From the NCBI GenBank assembly GCA_013265495.1, contig MU059044.1, positions 3,201,824 to 3,265,823 of the forward strand: a DNA stretch of 64,000 nt. Direction: 5' to 3'. Below the pieces are notes generated by a model that was not told the DNA's origin, did not search any database, and was given only the letters and a program-made list of their open reading frames with translations. The DNA comes from Vicugna vicugna (lineage: Eukaryota). This document shows, in pieces, positions 12,969 to 25,967 of this stretch. The translations under genes were made by a program, and so were the position numbers. The first letter of the stretch is position 1. Each line of letters opens with the position of its first letter.

Positions 12969-13807
12969 ATGAGGAGATAAAGAATACGTCCCAAAGGAAC
13001 AAGACAAAACCTTAGAAGAAGAATCAAGTGAAGCTGAGATAAGCAATCTACCCAATAAGGAGTTCAAAATCATGATCATAATGATGCTCAACAAACTCAG
13101 AAGAATGAGAGAGCACAGTGAGAAGTTCAACAAAGAGTTAGAAGATACAAAAAAGAACCAGACAGAACTGAAGAAAGGAATGACTGTAAAAATACACTAG
13201 AAAAAATCAACAGCAGGTTAGATGATACAGAGGAAAGGATCAGAGAAAAAAATAAAAACAATGTTTTAAAACGAGAGTAGTTCAAGAGACCTCTGAGACA
13301 TCATCAAGCAGATAACATTCACATTACAGAGGTCCCAGGAGAAGAGAGAGAGAAAGAGGTAGAGAACTTATCTGAAGAAATAACAGTTAAAAAACACCAT
13401 AACCTGAAAAAAGAAACAGACATCCAGGTCCAAGAAGCACAGAGAGTTCCAAACAAAATGAACCCAAAGAGATCCATACCAAGACACATAGAATTAAAAT
13501 GGCAAAAATTAAAGACAAAGAGGGAATCTTAATTACAGCAAGAGAAAAGCAATATTTGCAAATAAAAGAACTCCCATAAGACCACCAGCTGACTTTTCAG
13601 CAGAAACTTTGCAGACACAGAAAGGAACCTCATGATATATTTAAAGTGATAAAAGGAAAAAAAACTTACAATCATGAATACTTTACCTAGCAAGGTTATC
13701 ATTCAGATTTGAAGGAGAGATAAAAAGTTTTACAGACAAGCAAAAGCAAAAATAGTTCATCACAACTAAACCAGCATTATAAGAAATGGTAAGGGGACTT
13801 CTCTAAG
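12969..13807 (+). pseudogene. L1 ORF1p remnant
   Basis: atgaggaga...; recognisable EISNLPNKEFKIMII, DIQVQEAQRVPNKMNP, SAETLQ segments with frameshifts and stops. Confidence 0.85.
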
Positions 13808-14245
13808 GAGAAAAGCAAAGGCCACAACTAGAAATATGAAAATTATGAAAGGAAAACTCTCATTGGTAGAGACAAACATACAGTAAAGGTAGCAGATCAA
13901 CCACTTATGAAGCTAGTAGAAAGATTAAAAGGCAAAGTAGTAAAATCCTCTACATCCACAAACAGTTAAAAATACCCAAAACAAAAAGATATAAAATATG
14001 ATGTCAAAAACATTAAACATGATTGGGGGAGTAAAAATGCAGGGTTGTTAGAATGTGTTCAAACTTAAAAATCATCAGCTTTATAGTAACCACAAGCCAA
14101 AAATCTATAATACATACAAACACACACAAAATGAAAGTAATCCAAACATAATACCCAAACTAGTGTCAAATCACAAGAGAAGAGAACAAAAGAAGAAGTA
14201 AGGGGAAAAAAGAACTACTAAAACATTCAGAGAACAATTAACAAA

Positions 14246-16190
14246 ATGTCAGTAAGTACATATCTACCAATAATTACTTTAAATATAAAAGGGCCACGCA
14301 ACATGATCAAGTGGGATTTATCCAAGGAATGTAAGGATGGTTCAATACTCATAAATCAATTCATATGATACACCACATTAACAAAGTGAAGAATAAAAAT
14401 CATATGACCACCTTGAAAGATTCAGAGAAAACTTTTTACAAAATTTAACATCCATTTATTGTAAAAGCTCTCAATAAAGTGGGTATAGAGGGAACATACC
14501 TCAACATAATAAAAGCCATAAATGACAGAGCCACATATCATGCTTAATGGTGAGAAGTTGAAAGCATTACCTCTAAGATCAGGAACAAGACAAAGATGCC
14601 CTCTCTCACCATTTTTATTCATCATAGTACTGGAAGTCCTAGCTACAGCATTCAGACAAGAAATAGACAGAAAAATAATCCAAATTGGAAAGGAAGAAGT
14701 AAAACTGTCACCGTTTATAGATGACAAAATGCTATATAGACAATTCTAAAGACATCACAAAAAACAATTAGAATAAATGAATTCAGTCAAGTTGCCGAAT
14801 ATAAATTAATACACAGAAATCTGATGTGTTCTATACACTAACAATGATCTATTAGAAAAAGAAATTAAGAAAGTAACCCCATTTAAAACTGTATCAAAAA
14901 GAATAAAATACCTAGGAATAAATCTAACTAAGGAGGTAAAAGACCTATACTCAGAAAACTATGACATTGACAAAAGAAATTGAAGATGACACAAACAAAC
15001 AGAAAGATTTACTGTCTCCATGGATTGAAAGAATTGATTTTGTTAAAACCATACCACCCAAGGTAATCTACAGATTCAATGTAAAATTAAAATACCAATT
15101 GCATTTTTCACAGAACTAGAGTAAATAATTTAATAATGTATATGGGGGCACAAAAAGACCCTGAATAGCTAAAGCAGTCATGAAAAGAAGAACAAAGCTT
15201 GNNNNNNNNNNNNNNNNNNNNNNNNNNNNNNNNNNNNNNNNNNNNNNNNNNNNNNNNNNNNNNNNNNNNNNNNNNNNNNNNNNNNNNNNNNNNNNNNNNN
15301 NNNNNNNNNNNNNNNNNNNNNNNNNNNNNNNNNNNNNNNNNNAATCTATGACAAAGGGGGAAAAGATATTTCTTTAATAAGTTGTGCTGGGAAAACAGGA
15401 CAGCTATATGCAAAAAAAAAAAAAGCTGGACTATTTTCTCATGCCATATACAAAAACAAAATCAAAGTGGACTAATGACTTACAAGTAAGATCTGACACC
15501 ATAAAACTCCTAGAAGAAAACATAGACAGTACAGTCTTTGACATAAGTTTTAGCAATATGTTTGTGGATCTGTCTCCTCAGGCATTGGCAACAAAAGCAA
15601 AAATTAACAAATGAGACTACATCAAATAAAAAAATCTTTCACATGGTGAAGGAAAATATCAACAAAATAAAAAGGCAGCCCACTTAATAGGCTGTTAAAT
15701 GTTAAAATTAACTTAAATAGGCTTTTAGATATTAAAATTAACATTTGCAAGTGGTATATCTTATAAGAAGGAAATATCCAAAATAGATAAAGAATGAATA
15801 CAACTCAACACCAAGAAAACAAACTATCAGATTTAAAAATGGGCAGAAGACCTGAATAGACATTTTTCCAGTGAAGACATACAGATGGCCAACAGACACA
15901 TGAAAAGCTGTTCAGCATCCCTAATCATCAGGGAAATGCAAATCAAAACCACTAGGAGATGCTGCGTCACACCTGTCAGAATGGCTGTCATCAAGAAGAC
16001 AACAAGTAACAAATATTGTTGAGACTGTGGAGAACAGGGAACCCTCATGCACTGTTGATGGGAATGTAAATCAGTACAGCCACTGTGGAAAACAGTATGT
16101 AGGTTCCCCCCAAAATTAAAAATAGAAGAACCATAGGATTCAGCAATTCCATTTCTGAGTTTTTCCCCAAAGAAAACGAAAGTGCTAAAT
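14246..16190 (+). pseudogene. L1 ORF2p remnant lacking the endonuclease region and C-terminal end
   Basis: MSVSTYLPIITLNIKG jumps directly to HDQVGFIQGM; multiple stops and frameshifts. Confidence 0.85.
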
Positions 16191-16539
16191 AGGGAAGGGA
16201 GATTGAGAGGTACACACTTCCAGTTATAAAATAAACAATTCCTCGGTATATAATGCACAACACAGGGAATATAGTAAATATTATTGTAATAACTTTGATG
16301 ACAGGTGGTGATCGTTTTGTAATGTGCAAAGGTATTGAATCACTATGTGAAGTGAAAATAATACAACAAAATGTAACTCATTACCCTTCAATTAAAAAAC
16401 ACATAAAATAAAGTCGCCTAGACTGTACCCTAGAGATTTCAACTGTTTTGCCCTTAGGCCCAGGCTTGCTTAGTTTTTCAAAACTTACCAGGTGTTTCTA
16501 GTATACAGCAGAGTGGAGAACCCTTGAGCCTTGAGCATA

Positions 16540-17180
16540 AAGTGTCAATCATTCTTGTCTTCTTTTTTCCCCCTTATCTCAACATTTAACCAGACACCCA
16601 AACCTGGAAATATACCCTCAGAAAACTTTTAAACATTTCCCTTCTGCCTATCAAGACTGCCTTAATTCTGGCCTTCATCACCCATCACCTGAACCGATAT
16701 AACAGCTGCAGGCTGCAGTGCGTGTCTCTTGCTCTCCTCCTAGAAAAGTAACTCCAGTGGTATTTCTGAACTGCAAATCTGACTGTGGCATTCTTCTGCA
16801 TCAAATCCTTTGTAAATTCCACTTTGCCTGAAAGAACACTTCTCTGTATTCTTGTGTTCCTTTTGGCATATTTCATCTGGCCCCCACGGACCACTCCAGA
16901 CTCATCTCCATCACACACCCCTGTGTCCCTCCCACTCAAACAGCACTTCTCACAGTCCTCTGGACATTCCTGGATTTCTCACTGCTTCATACCTCTGTGC
17001 GCACTAGGCCTAAAATCAACTTTTTAAAACCTTCTTCACTGGGAAAATTCCTACTTTTCTCTCAATCCTCAATCTTCTCAATGACCTCTTCCAGGAGAAG
17101 TGGCTCTTCACTTCTCTGTGGCCCTCTCCACAGCACTTTGCTCATACCATCTCTCTGCGCATTCATCCCCACACTTCATT
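16540..17180 (+). mobile_element. L2 fragment
   Basis: ctggccttcatcacccatcacctgaacc...ctgactgtggcattcttctgcatcaaatcc...gggaaaattcctac. Confidence 0.55.
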
Positions 17181-17279
17181 CTATGTTTCTAAACTCAGTA
17201 GCCAGGGAGGCTACTGGGTTCAGGACTTGGAACATAGCAGCATTTTTAAATGCTGAAATAACTGAAATAAAGAAATGAG

Positions 17280-17459
17280 CCCATTGTCACATTTTTTTCT
17301 CTGCGAGCTACCATAAGATCTTGTATATATTTCCCTGTGCTATACAGTATAATCTTGTTTATCTATATGTTCATGTATAACTGAAAAATTGTGCTCTACT
17401 GTGGAATTTGACACAACATTGTAAAATGATTATAACTCAATAAAAAATGTTAAAAAAAA
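17280..17459 (+). mobile_element. 5'-inverted (twin-primed) micro L1 insertion, 3' UTR only
   Basis: 17280-17364 is the reverse complement of L1 3' UTR (cf. 46396-46490); 17365-17459 is forward 3' end plus A-tail; AAAGAAATG at 17269-17277 and 17457-17465. Confidence 0.88.
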
Positions 17460-20149
17460 GAAATGGGGGTCAAGGTACCTGTTAGAACCCTAATCCTGCT
17501 ACTCATTCTTGAATTTTGGTGTAAATATTATCTTCAGGGAGTCTTTTCTAAGACGCATGAATGAGGTATGATGCCTTCAGCTATTTCCCCAGCTGCACCA
17601 TGCTTTTTATATTGCAGCATGCAGTACATTTTCTCCTGTACTTCATGGTCTGTGTTTCCTGCAGGCTACCAGCTTGATGAGATGTGGGTCTGAAGTTTTG
17701 CTACTTATTGATTTAAACCTAGTGCCTACTAGAAGGGAGATGCTCAATAAACAATGGTTGCATGAGTGAATGGATGGTCTCTGTCTAGGGATCTGTCTCT
17801 ATGTACATAAATTATCTCTCTTTGCTTCTTACCCTAGATCTGCAGCGTCACTGTCTCAACATCATTTCTTAGCAACAGGATATACTATCTCCAAGCCAAA
17901 TTGTTGGACCATCTGTACTCCCCTGACTTGGGAATGCTTTTGCTGCCTGAGTGGTGGAGAGGTGACAATAAATGACCAATCTGCTTTGTCAGTACTTGGA
18001 TGCGACATCACTCTGCCTACTGAGCCTACAAAAGTCAGCAGTTTCAATGGGCTTTAGGACCTGCTTACACTAATTACACAACATACTTTTGTATAGGGAG
18101 CAGGAGAATTTGAACTGAATGTAAAGGATCTCAAGAGGGGAGGCAGCTTTGAAAGATGCGATGTTATCATCTGCGCTATACAAATTGAGTTTGGGTTGAA
18201 ATATGAATTCTGTTTGCCTGACTCAAAGCCCCTGGTGAAAACATCAGTGTTACTGTAAAATACAGTGACACGCTGGAGCTCACACATTATACTGAGAGGC
18301 CTCCAATAAGACGGTGTAGCACAAGCAGTTCTCGTTTATTCTTTTATTCAGTGTTTGAGGGAGCTGCCAATGTAATAATAAATTCTTCTTCTCGGGAAGA
18401 GGGCACCAGACGAGTACAAAACAGCATTTTTGATTTAAGAAAAAGTATGCATATTGGGGATGGAAATCACTTTGCATTTTTTCAGTTCCTTCCACAGAAG
18501 AAGGAGGTGGTCCTAGAAAAATACACACTCATTTGTTGTCACAGCAGCATAACAACAGGGACTCCACACTGTCTGTCTTTCTAAGGAAAATGGAGCCAAA
18601 AGAGAGTTCCTGAGAACTAATAGCAAGATGGGGCAGGGACCAGAATGTTGAAATGGACCATTCCTCTTGTGACCAGTCAGGTTCTGGGGGACAGCACCAT
18701 CAGAAAGGACAAGAGCATGTCCAGTCTGACTGCCAAGACACATGCTGGGTTTGTACAGAATGGGATGGACTTGATTATGATACTTAGAAAACCTAAATGA
18801 ATAGTTTTAAACTTTGTAAATTTAATTACTCCATAAGTTTTTTAAAAAATGTTGAGCATGCATCACCAGTATAACTGTCCTTGTCTCTTTTTCACTTTCC
18901 ATGAGCAAAATATAAACTCCATGAGGACGAAGAGTTTGCCTTATTCACCACTGTATCTGAACAGCCTAGAACAGTGCCTGGGGCAGTGAGTGCTCAATAA
19001 GTAGTTGTTGAACAAAATAATAAACCTGTGAATAAATACATGTATATTTATTTATGAATTATAGTCACATACTTAAACAAACTAATGCATATTCACGTAG
19101 TGAAATATTATGCAAATTTTAATGCATATTACAAAAAGGAAAACTTTAAAGAAAAGAAAGAGACACAAACGTGACTAGTAGTTCTACTGATTTCCCCATC
19201 CCCCCAAATATTTCTACCATTTCACATTGGATATAAAATTATTTTTTGCTTCAGGGTGAATATGAATCACCAATGAAGCTTTTTTTGAATAAATATTTTT
19301 ATTCATCACTCCCCTTTCTCTCCCCCCCAACATTTGCCTTAGATTCTGATTTAGCAGTTAATGCTTTAAAATTATATTTTACAAGTCCTGGAAAATTATG
19401 TTGTAGGTATAGTACTTGGAATTACACTTCATGAAAACTGTTGTAGAGAAAGTGTTGACTACATATAGGGTCAATTCACTCCAGGTCCAAGTCTCTGGAG
19501 TGAGCCAGCTCTCCCTTCCTCAGTGATAAAGTTCTTTGGAGCCTGGTTTTACAAATAAGAAAACACACACACAGTCCCCATGGGCTTGGTACCCCAAAGA
19601 TCATGTTCAGTTACTGCCGACACATGGCAGAATCTAAGATCACCTACAGCTATGCCTGAGGTTGGGTACTGGAGGACATCTATCTCAGGACCATGGACAG
19701 CTCCTGGGAGCTTATCTGCTGCCCAACTCCAAAGAGCCTCCTATGCATCATTCTCAGTTGTCTGCTGCCCTCTACCTGGGGAGTGCAGAGTAGTACATAT
19801 GTCTATAAGATGCTGGAGCCGGGGATCTGCTCCCCAAGCCCTCTACAACACTTGCAGTGCACTGTAGTGGTCTCTTAATTCCCAAATCTACCTTTGTTTC
19901 TTCTCTAGTTCTTCTTTCTCTAGAATGCTCATGGCACTGACCAGCAGTTCACAGCAACATCAATAATTAATGGCCACACAGAACATCATAAAATGAACCA
20001 AGAAATGTGGGGATGAGAGAATAGCACCCCAAGTGGGGGAAACTGACAGATCAAGCATACAGTGGCAAAACAATTCTACTAGCATATATGAAATTTGTAT
20101 TGCATGCTTGGCACTGTGAAGGAAGCAGCCAAATTAAGTATTGTTTTCA

Positions 20150-20950
20150 TTTTTAAAAACTTCTAGATTTTTAAATAATTTCAGACTTACAGAAAGGTTA
20201 CAAAAATAGCACTGAGTACATTTCTGATGTTGACAACTTAACCATAGGTCAATTACCAAAATCAGGAAATTAACCTTATAAGTTATTCAAGTCTGATCAG
20301 CTTTTCCCTAATGTCCTTTTCCTGTTCCAGAGGCTAATCTAGAATTTCACATTCTATTCTTTATTAGTCATATTTTCTTTGTGTCTCTGAGTCCGTGACA
20401 TTTCCTCAGGCTTTCCTTGTTTTTCATGACTTTGATATTTTTGATAAGTGCTGATCAGTTATTTTGTAGATTACCTATCAATTTGGGTCTGTCTGATACT
20501 TCCTCAGGATTAGTTTGAGGTCACTGACATTGCGTAAGTTATCTCAGTGGCCAGAGCTAGGAAATATAAACATACATAATATGTGTCTAACTTATTTATC
20601 TATGTATCTATCTGTATATATTTTAGAATCATAATATCATACTGATATCCCAAATTTCAATCCAATGCCACTAAGTTCATTCTAGCTTTTCTTCTTTCCT
20701 TACTTGTAATTTTTTTCTCTGAAAAGATACCTGGATCTCATGAACTACCATTCACTTTTTGTGAGACAAAAATATACATGCAGTAACAGAACTGTATTGC
20801 ATACCTTATGAGAATACAGTATTTATGCACAGTTCTTTTTGTCTTTAACCTTGTAGTGTCCTGTTTTTAAGAAGAAAACTGCTTTCCAAATGTAGAGTAT
20901 CTTTGATGTCAACTTATAGTGTATGTGTGTATGTTTGTAAGTGTGTTTTA
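20150..20950 (-). mobile_element. L1MC-type 3' end
   Basis: ataatttcagacttacagaaaggttacaaaaatagcac...cttgtttttcatgactttgatatttttg...tcaatttgggtctgtctgat. Confidence 0.7.
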
Positions 20951-21484
20951 CTCAGTACCTTCCATAGTTTAAATGTTCTTAGTAGCCCCATTTCCCAAAT
21001 GTAAACTGAAATTAAGCCAGTAGCAACAGCGGTTAATATACCAGATGACCACAGTAGGTGAGGAAACACTATGAATGTCACAGAGGCATTCTGTCTCAGA
21101 CATGAGCTCCTCTCTGCTCTAACCACTTTGATTTGTATTGACACCTGCTCCACAAAGTTTAGGATTACTAATTATGTGTAAGAGCTTTGCATAAGCAACA
21201 GCCAAACCTTCTCCTGATCCCTGTGTTCCAAAGTCTGTGCATACACAGACATCTGTGCCTGCCTGTCATGGCACTTACTGCTGTCTATTAGAAACTATCT
21301 TTTTACTATTATGTCCCCATGTCTCCCCTACCCCAGACCCAAAGTCTCTGAGGACATAGATTTTGCCTTGCTTGTATCTCCATCTCCACTGTCTCTCTTA
21401 ATGCCCAGAATGCAACTGGCCCTCCGTCAATGTTTCCTGAATGACTGAATGAACATGGGCCAGACTGGGGCTTCTTTGTTAAAC

Positions 21485-21650
21485 TGTGTCCTTAAATCCC
21501 TGCAGCAGATCACCCAGTGTGCTTGCTAAACATGTTAACCTTGGGCCCTACCTGGGAATCTTAAGATTCAATAGACTGGGGAAATTCCCAAGGATCTGCA
21601 TTTTTACAAGACACCCAAGAATTCTTACTTCCGTTCAAGTTTGCTAACCA
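21485..21650. mobile_element. hAT-Charlie MER5-like element
   Basis: gtgcttgctaaacatg...gggccctacc...aaggatctgcatttttacaag...aagtttgctaacca. Confidence 0.5.
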
Positions 21651-22739
21651 CACGCACGCTGGCTAATACACACTGACAAGAAGAGCTTGAAGGAATGGAG
21701 TTACCAGGGGAGGCTTTTTGAAAGAGGAGTTATTGTCTGATTTTTTTGAAGATGGACCTGACCAAGCCAAGACAAGGCCGATGTATCCTGATAACAAAAA
21801 GGTTGATCACAGTTATTTCATGCCTTCTTCAGTGGTCTGGGAGAGTGAAGAAGCCTTTAGAACCTTTTTTCTCAGAAGTCACAACCCTTACCTATGTGTA
21901 TGGCTACTGTTTATACGTAAATGCAAAAATATGTTCTGGGACCAGCTCTGTCACTAAATCNNNNNNNNNNNNNNNNNNNNNNNNNNNNNNNNNNNNNNNN
22001 NNNNNNNNNNNNNNNNNNNNNNNNNNNNNNNNNNNNNNNNNNNNNNNNNNNNNNNNNNNNNNNNNNNNNNNNNNNNNNNNNNNNNNNNNNNNNNNNNNNN
22101 NNNNNNNNNNNNNNNNNATATTCGATACACATTGCTAAGCTTTCCATGTGCATTGTCTCTTGTATACTGACCTTAGACCTTGTTACTATTATAATTTATA
22201 TTTTTCACAAGGACATGCAGATTCAGAAAGATTCAGCAACTTTCCCAAATTTGCACCATTGACCCCTTTCCTCATCTGTAAACTGGAAATAAGAACCCCT
22301 CCCTCATAGAGATGCAATGAGTTTTAAATTATAAAAGTTGCTGGGAAAATTTCTGGGTGACATGCAAAGAACGACTGACTGTGTGAACTCTGAGGAAAAG
22401 GGCTGGGAGTTGGAATGAGAGGGAGATTAACATTCCTTGTATATGATTTAATACTTCGTGAAATTTGTGTGAGCTTTCATTATAATAAATGAAACAAGTA
22501 AAAAATGTTTAAATAGGATACAGTGAGAGAGAGTAGAAACTGGAAAAAGCAGACAGTTGCTACCAACGCTGGACTGGAGGAAGAAAGAGAAGGTGTCAGT
22601 ATCACCAGGACCCAAGGATCAGAGTCATCAGCAGAAGCTGGAAACAAAACATGCTTGTGAGTGGAAGCTGAAGTCATTAAGGAGATATAGTTTCAAGTGG
22701 AGACAAGGCAGAGAGTGAAGGAAGAAATACTCTGGTTTG

Positions 22740-23141
22740 ATAGATTACTTAATATTCAAAAATATTTACTGCCTGCCCCACCACCACGGGAAAAGTAAAT
22801 TTTCCCACTCTATAACTTGCGTTGGCCAAGAGATACTGGCAAAAATGACACAGGCAGAAGCTTCAAATATGCTTTCACAGTTGGACTTGCTCACTTGCAC
22901 TCGAAGAACATGCCCCGAGTAGCTAACTGGTCCCTGAAGAGTAAGAGACATGTGGAGTAGAGCATGGAGGCAGGATGCCTCAGATAATGTGCAGAATTGA
23001 AGCACAGAGAATAGTTCCCTCAGCCACCACAGCTCCAAGCAGAGCTACCCCAACAAATCCATGGACAAAGGAGCTTGAAACAAATGCTCATCATAGTATG
23101 CCACTGTGTGTTGCGATTTCATGGCCATAACTGATGGATAC
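22740..23141 (+). mobile_element. ERVL-MaLR LTR (MLT1H/I/J-like)
   Basis: ttggccaagagatactggcaaaaatgacacaggcagaagctt...aagaacatgccccgagtagc...ends ataactgatggataca. Confidence 0.65.
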
Positions 23142-23349
23142 ACCCAGCTTCTCCTTTCCTTCTGCTCTCCAGTCCTTCACCCATAGCTCCTACTGGCCAC
23201 ACCCAGCCAGAAGCCAGTTGATACAGGGCTGTGGGAAATACAGCCTCCCTGTGGTGAGATCACCTTCCAGGACGGTATCCCTGGCTTCTAGCTAAGAAAC
23301 AGACCTACTGAGAAGCAATGCATGATGTGATGACAATGATGAGGATGTG

Positions 23350-23600
23350 ATGACAAAATAGTTAACATTTACTGAGCATTTAATATGCTACAAGAAGCTT
23401 CTTAAGTTCCTTACATGTAGTAATTTGACCCTCAGAACAATGTTATGAGATTGGTGCTATTAAATATGTTTCTCTATTTTACCTGTAAAAAAAATAATTG
23501 AGGCACAGAAAGGTGGCCTAAGATCACATAGCTAGTAGATGTCAAGGACAGTATTTGAACTCAGGTAGTCTGGTTGCAGAATCCACAGCTTTGACCATTA
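23350..23600 (-). mobile_element. MIR SINE
   Basis: aacatttactgagca...ttgaggcacagaaaggtggcctaagatcacatagctagt...tttgaactcaggtagtctgg. Confidence 0.8.
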
Positions 23601-24059
23601 CAGTATGGTGCAAAAACCTTGTGCTTTCCATAGCTGTAGTTAATAGATATGAGTAGGGGTGTGTGTGTGTCTGGCAGTGATGGAGGGGAGGGACTGGTTC
23701 CTAAAGCTTAATCATAAGCAGTGTGAATTTACAAGCTTTGTTCACCTTGAGGAAGACGGATGGGGAAGAGGCGGCTGGGCTAGGGCGCTGCATCTTGGAG
23801 CCAGGCTGATGAAGCTGAGGCTGTAAATCCTCCTTCTGGAAGCAAACCCTTCTTCCTGAGGAGAGCGCAGCTGCCAAGCACAGGAGAGGGACCCTGTCAC
23901 CTGGAGTACAGACATGACTGGCAGGGTCCTTCTCTGGGCGCCTGGGCAGCTCAGGGACAGATAAACGCAAGTGTGACAACAGTAGTCTTCCGTTCTCTTC
24001 TCAGGTGTAGGAGGAGGGAACAACCCAGGGGCTGCTCCCAGCAGCTTCAAGGGATAATG

Positions 24060-24935
24060 GGCTTTGGATTTAGGTAAAACTAGGTCTCAATCAGGGCCCT
24101 TCCTCTTATCAACTCTATGACCCTAGAGAAGCCATGTCATGTCTCCCAACCAGCCCACTGACATGGATGATTCCCCACATGAAAACTAGATAATAATTAC
24201 ATCTCCTTCAGACGGTCGTCAGGGAGATTCAGTAAAATAATGTTCAATAAAACACCAGCTTGGAGCTTGGCATCTGGTAATGTTCAGTGCTTGTTGGAGT
24301 CAAGCTCCCTCTCTCCTTAACGACTAATGGTAGTAAGTGGTTTACCTTTGATCAGACCCCAAGCATCATGACAGCACACTCCGCAAGAAACACAGCTAAA
24401 AGTAAATGCCTCCCCTGTTGTCAGAGGCGGTGTAGCCAAGAGGCTATGTGCATGGACTTTGGCTAAAGTTACCTGACTTCTAAGTCCGACCCAACCAGTC
24501 ACCTGCTATATGACTTACAGCAAGCTTGTTAAGGTCTTGAAGCTTGAGTTTCCTCATCTGTGAAGTAAGCAATAATACCAGTGCCTCTCCTGCCAGGAAG
24601 TCACTAGAGCTCACCAAGCTACTGCACTTTATGCACTTGGTAAACTCTTGGTGCTTGCTACTTGTGATCATCATGGTGCATGATATAAGATGCACTGATC
24701 AAAGGTGTGAGCTCTGGAACCAAACTTAATGAATTCAAAACCTGGTTCTGCCAGTTACCATTGTGTGATAAGCAGCTTGGGGCAGTAGCTCAGTCTTCCT
24801 GTGTCTCAACTTGCCCACCTGTGTCACGGCAGTAACAATGTAATCTTCACGGGGGCTGCTGTAAAGATGAACGGAGTCCGTACGTGCAAAACACTAGGGG
24901 TAATGTCTGGCTCAAATAAGGATTCAGTAACCATT
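24060..24935 (+). mobile_element. Cluster of three tandem MIR fragments (~24060-24295, 24430-24630, 24675-24935)
   Basis: Repeated MIR cores, e.g. ttgagtttcctcatctgtgaag...aataatacc and ttggggcagtagctcagtcttcctgtgtctcaac. Confidence 0.7.
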
Positions 24936-25479
24936 ATATTGTCTTAACTTCTAAAAAGTATCTAGTCTGTGGGGGGTGGCAAAGAGCATTTTATCAGGTC
25001 ATAAGATCACTGCATATAGACACAAAACTCATTCTATCAGGGCCATGAAGCAGAGATGACCAAATCAAATACCAACAAAAAACCTAGGAGAAAGGGGTTA
25101 AAAATAAGCAGAGGTTCCTGACTGGACAGGAAATGAAGTTAGGGTGTGGTTTTTAAGCTCTGTTAGATGGAAGAAAACATACAAATAATTGGATCTACAG
25201 TACAGAAGAAGTTCTCAAAAATTATATAGATATAATTTATATATTTTGCAGACATGTGAACATATTTATTTTTGGATATATAAAGTATGAAAATGTGGCA
25301 AAAAGGTAAAGGATTCTCTATACACAATATATGGGAGAGTTAAACTGGTCTATAATTATGAGAAGCAGCATGGTCTATAACAGAGTTAAGTAATGTTTAA
25401 TTGAATGAATGAATGAATGAATGGGTATTGGAGGAGTACTCGATATTATGAACTAATGATAAGCATGATCAAAAGAGCA

Positions 25480-25925
25480 CAGAGACCACTGGTCTACAGA
25501 ATTATTTTCCAATTCCTAGCTCAGGAACCCTATCTCTCTCCATCTCAACTGCACCTTTACTTTCTCTTGTTCCTCCATCCATCTTCCTTCTACTTGTGGT
25601 TGTTCCTCATTCTCCAAACACAAGCTGCCTTGCTTCCCTCTTTGTTTGAGATATCCTTCCTTTTGTCCCCATTAATCTCCAACTCACCCTTTCAAACCCC
25701 ATTTAAATGCCCTCCCCCTGGGAAATCTTTCCTAACTCCCCCAACTGCCTCTTTCCTCCTTGCTTCTCTATCACCTGATACAAAATTCTATTACAGCTCT
25801 GATCACAGTGTGTTGTAAATAATCCATTTCGAACCTGTCTCGCCCTTCCTTGTTTAACTGTGACAGGACAGTGCTAGGCACAAGGTAGATTCTAATTTCT
25901 TTTAGTAAAAAAATGAACAAAATAA
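25480..25925 (+). mobile_element. L2 3' region
   Basis: caccctttcaaaccccatttaaatgccctccccctgggaaatctttcc...acagtgctaggcacaagg. Confidence 0.6.
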
Positions 25926-25927
25926 TG

Positions 25928-25967
25928 AATGGATGGTTGGATGGATGGATGGATGGACGGATGGATG
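25928..25967. repeat. (GGAT)n microsatellite, imperfect
   Basis: atggatggttggatggatggatggatggacggatggatga. Confidence 0.9.

Larger units (their letters stand above)
12540..16412 (+). mobile_element. Old L1 (L1MA9/10-like): 5' UTR, ORF1, internally deleted ORF2, 3' UTR
   Basis: Decayed ORF1 from ATG at ~12969, ORF2 start at 14246, RT-region motifs ([33 protein letters not shown]), 3' UTR and A-rich tail at ~16395-16412. Confidence 0.92.

Noticed and set aside
14246-14300. L1 ORF2 internal deletion as a splicing product
   Set aside because: A donor-like gtaagt is at ~14252, but the breakpoint is ~40 nt downstream and not at GT/AG boundaries.
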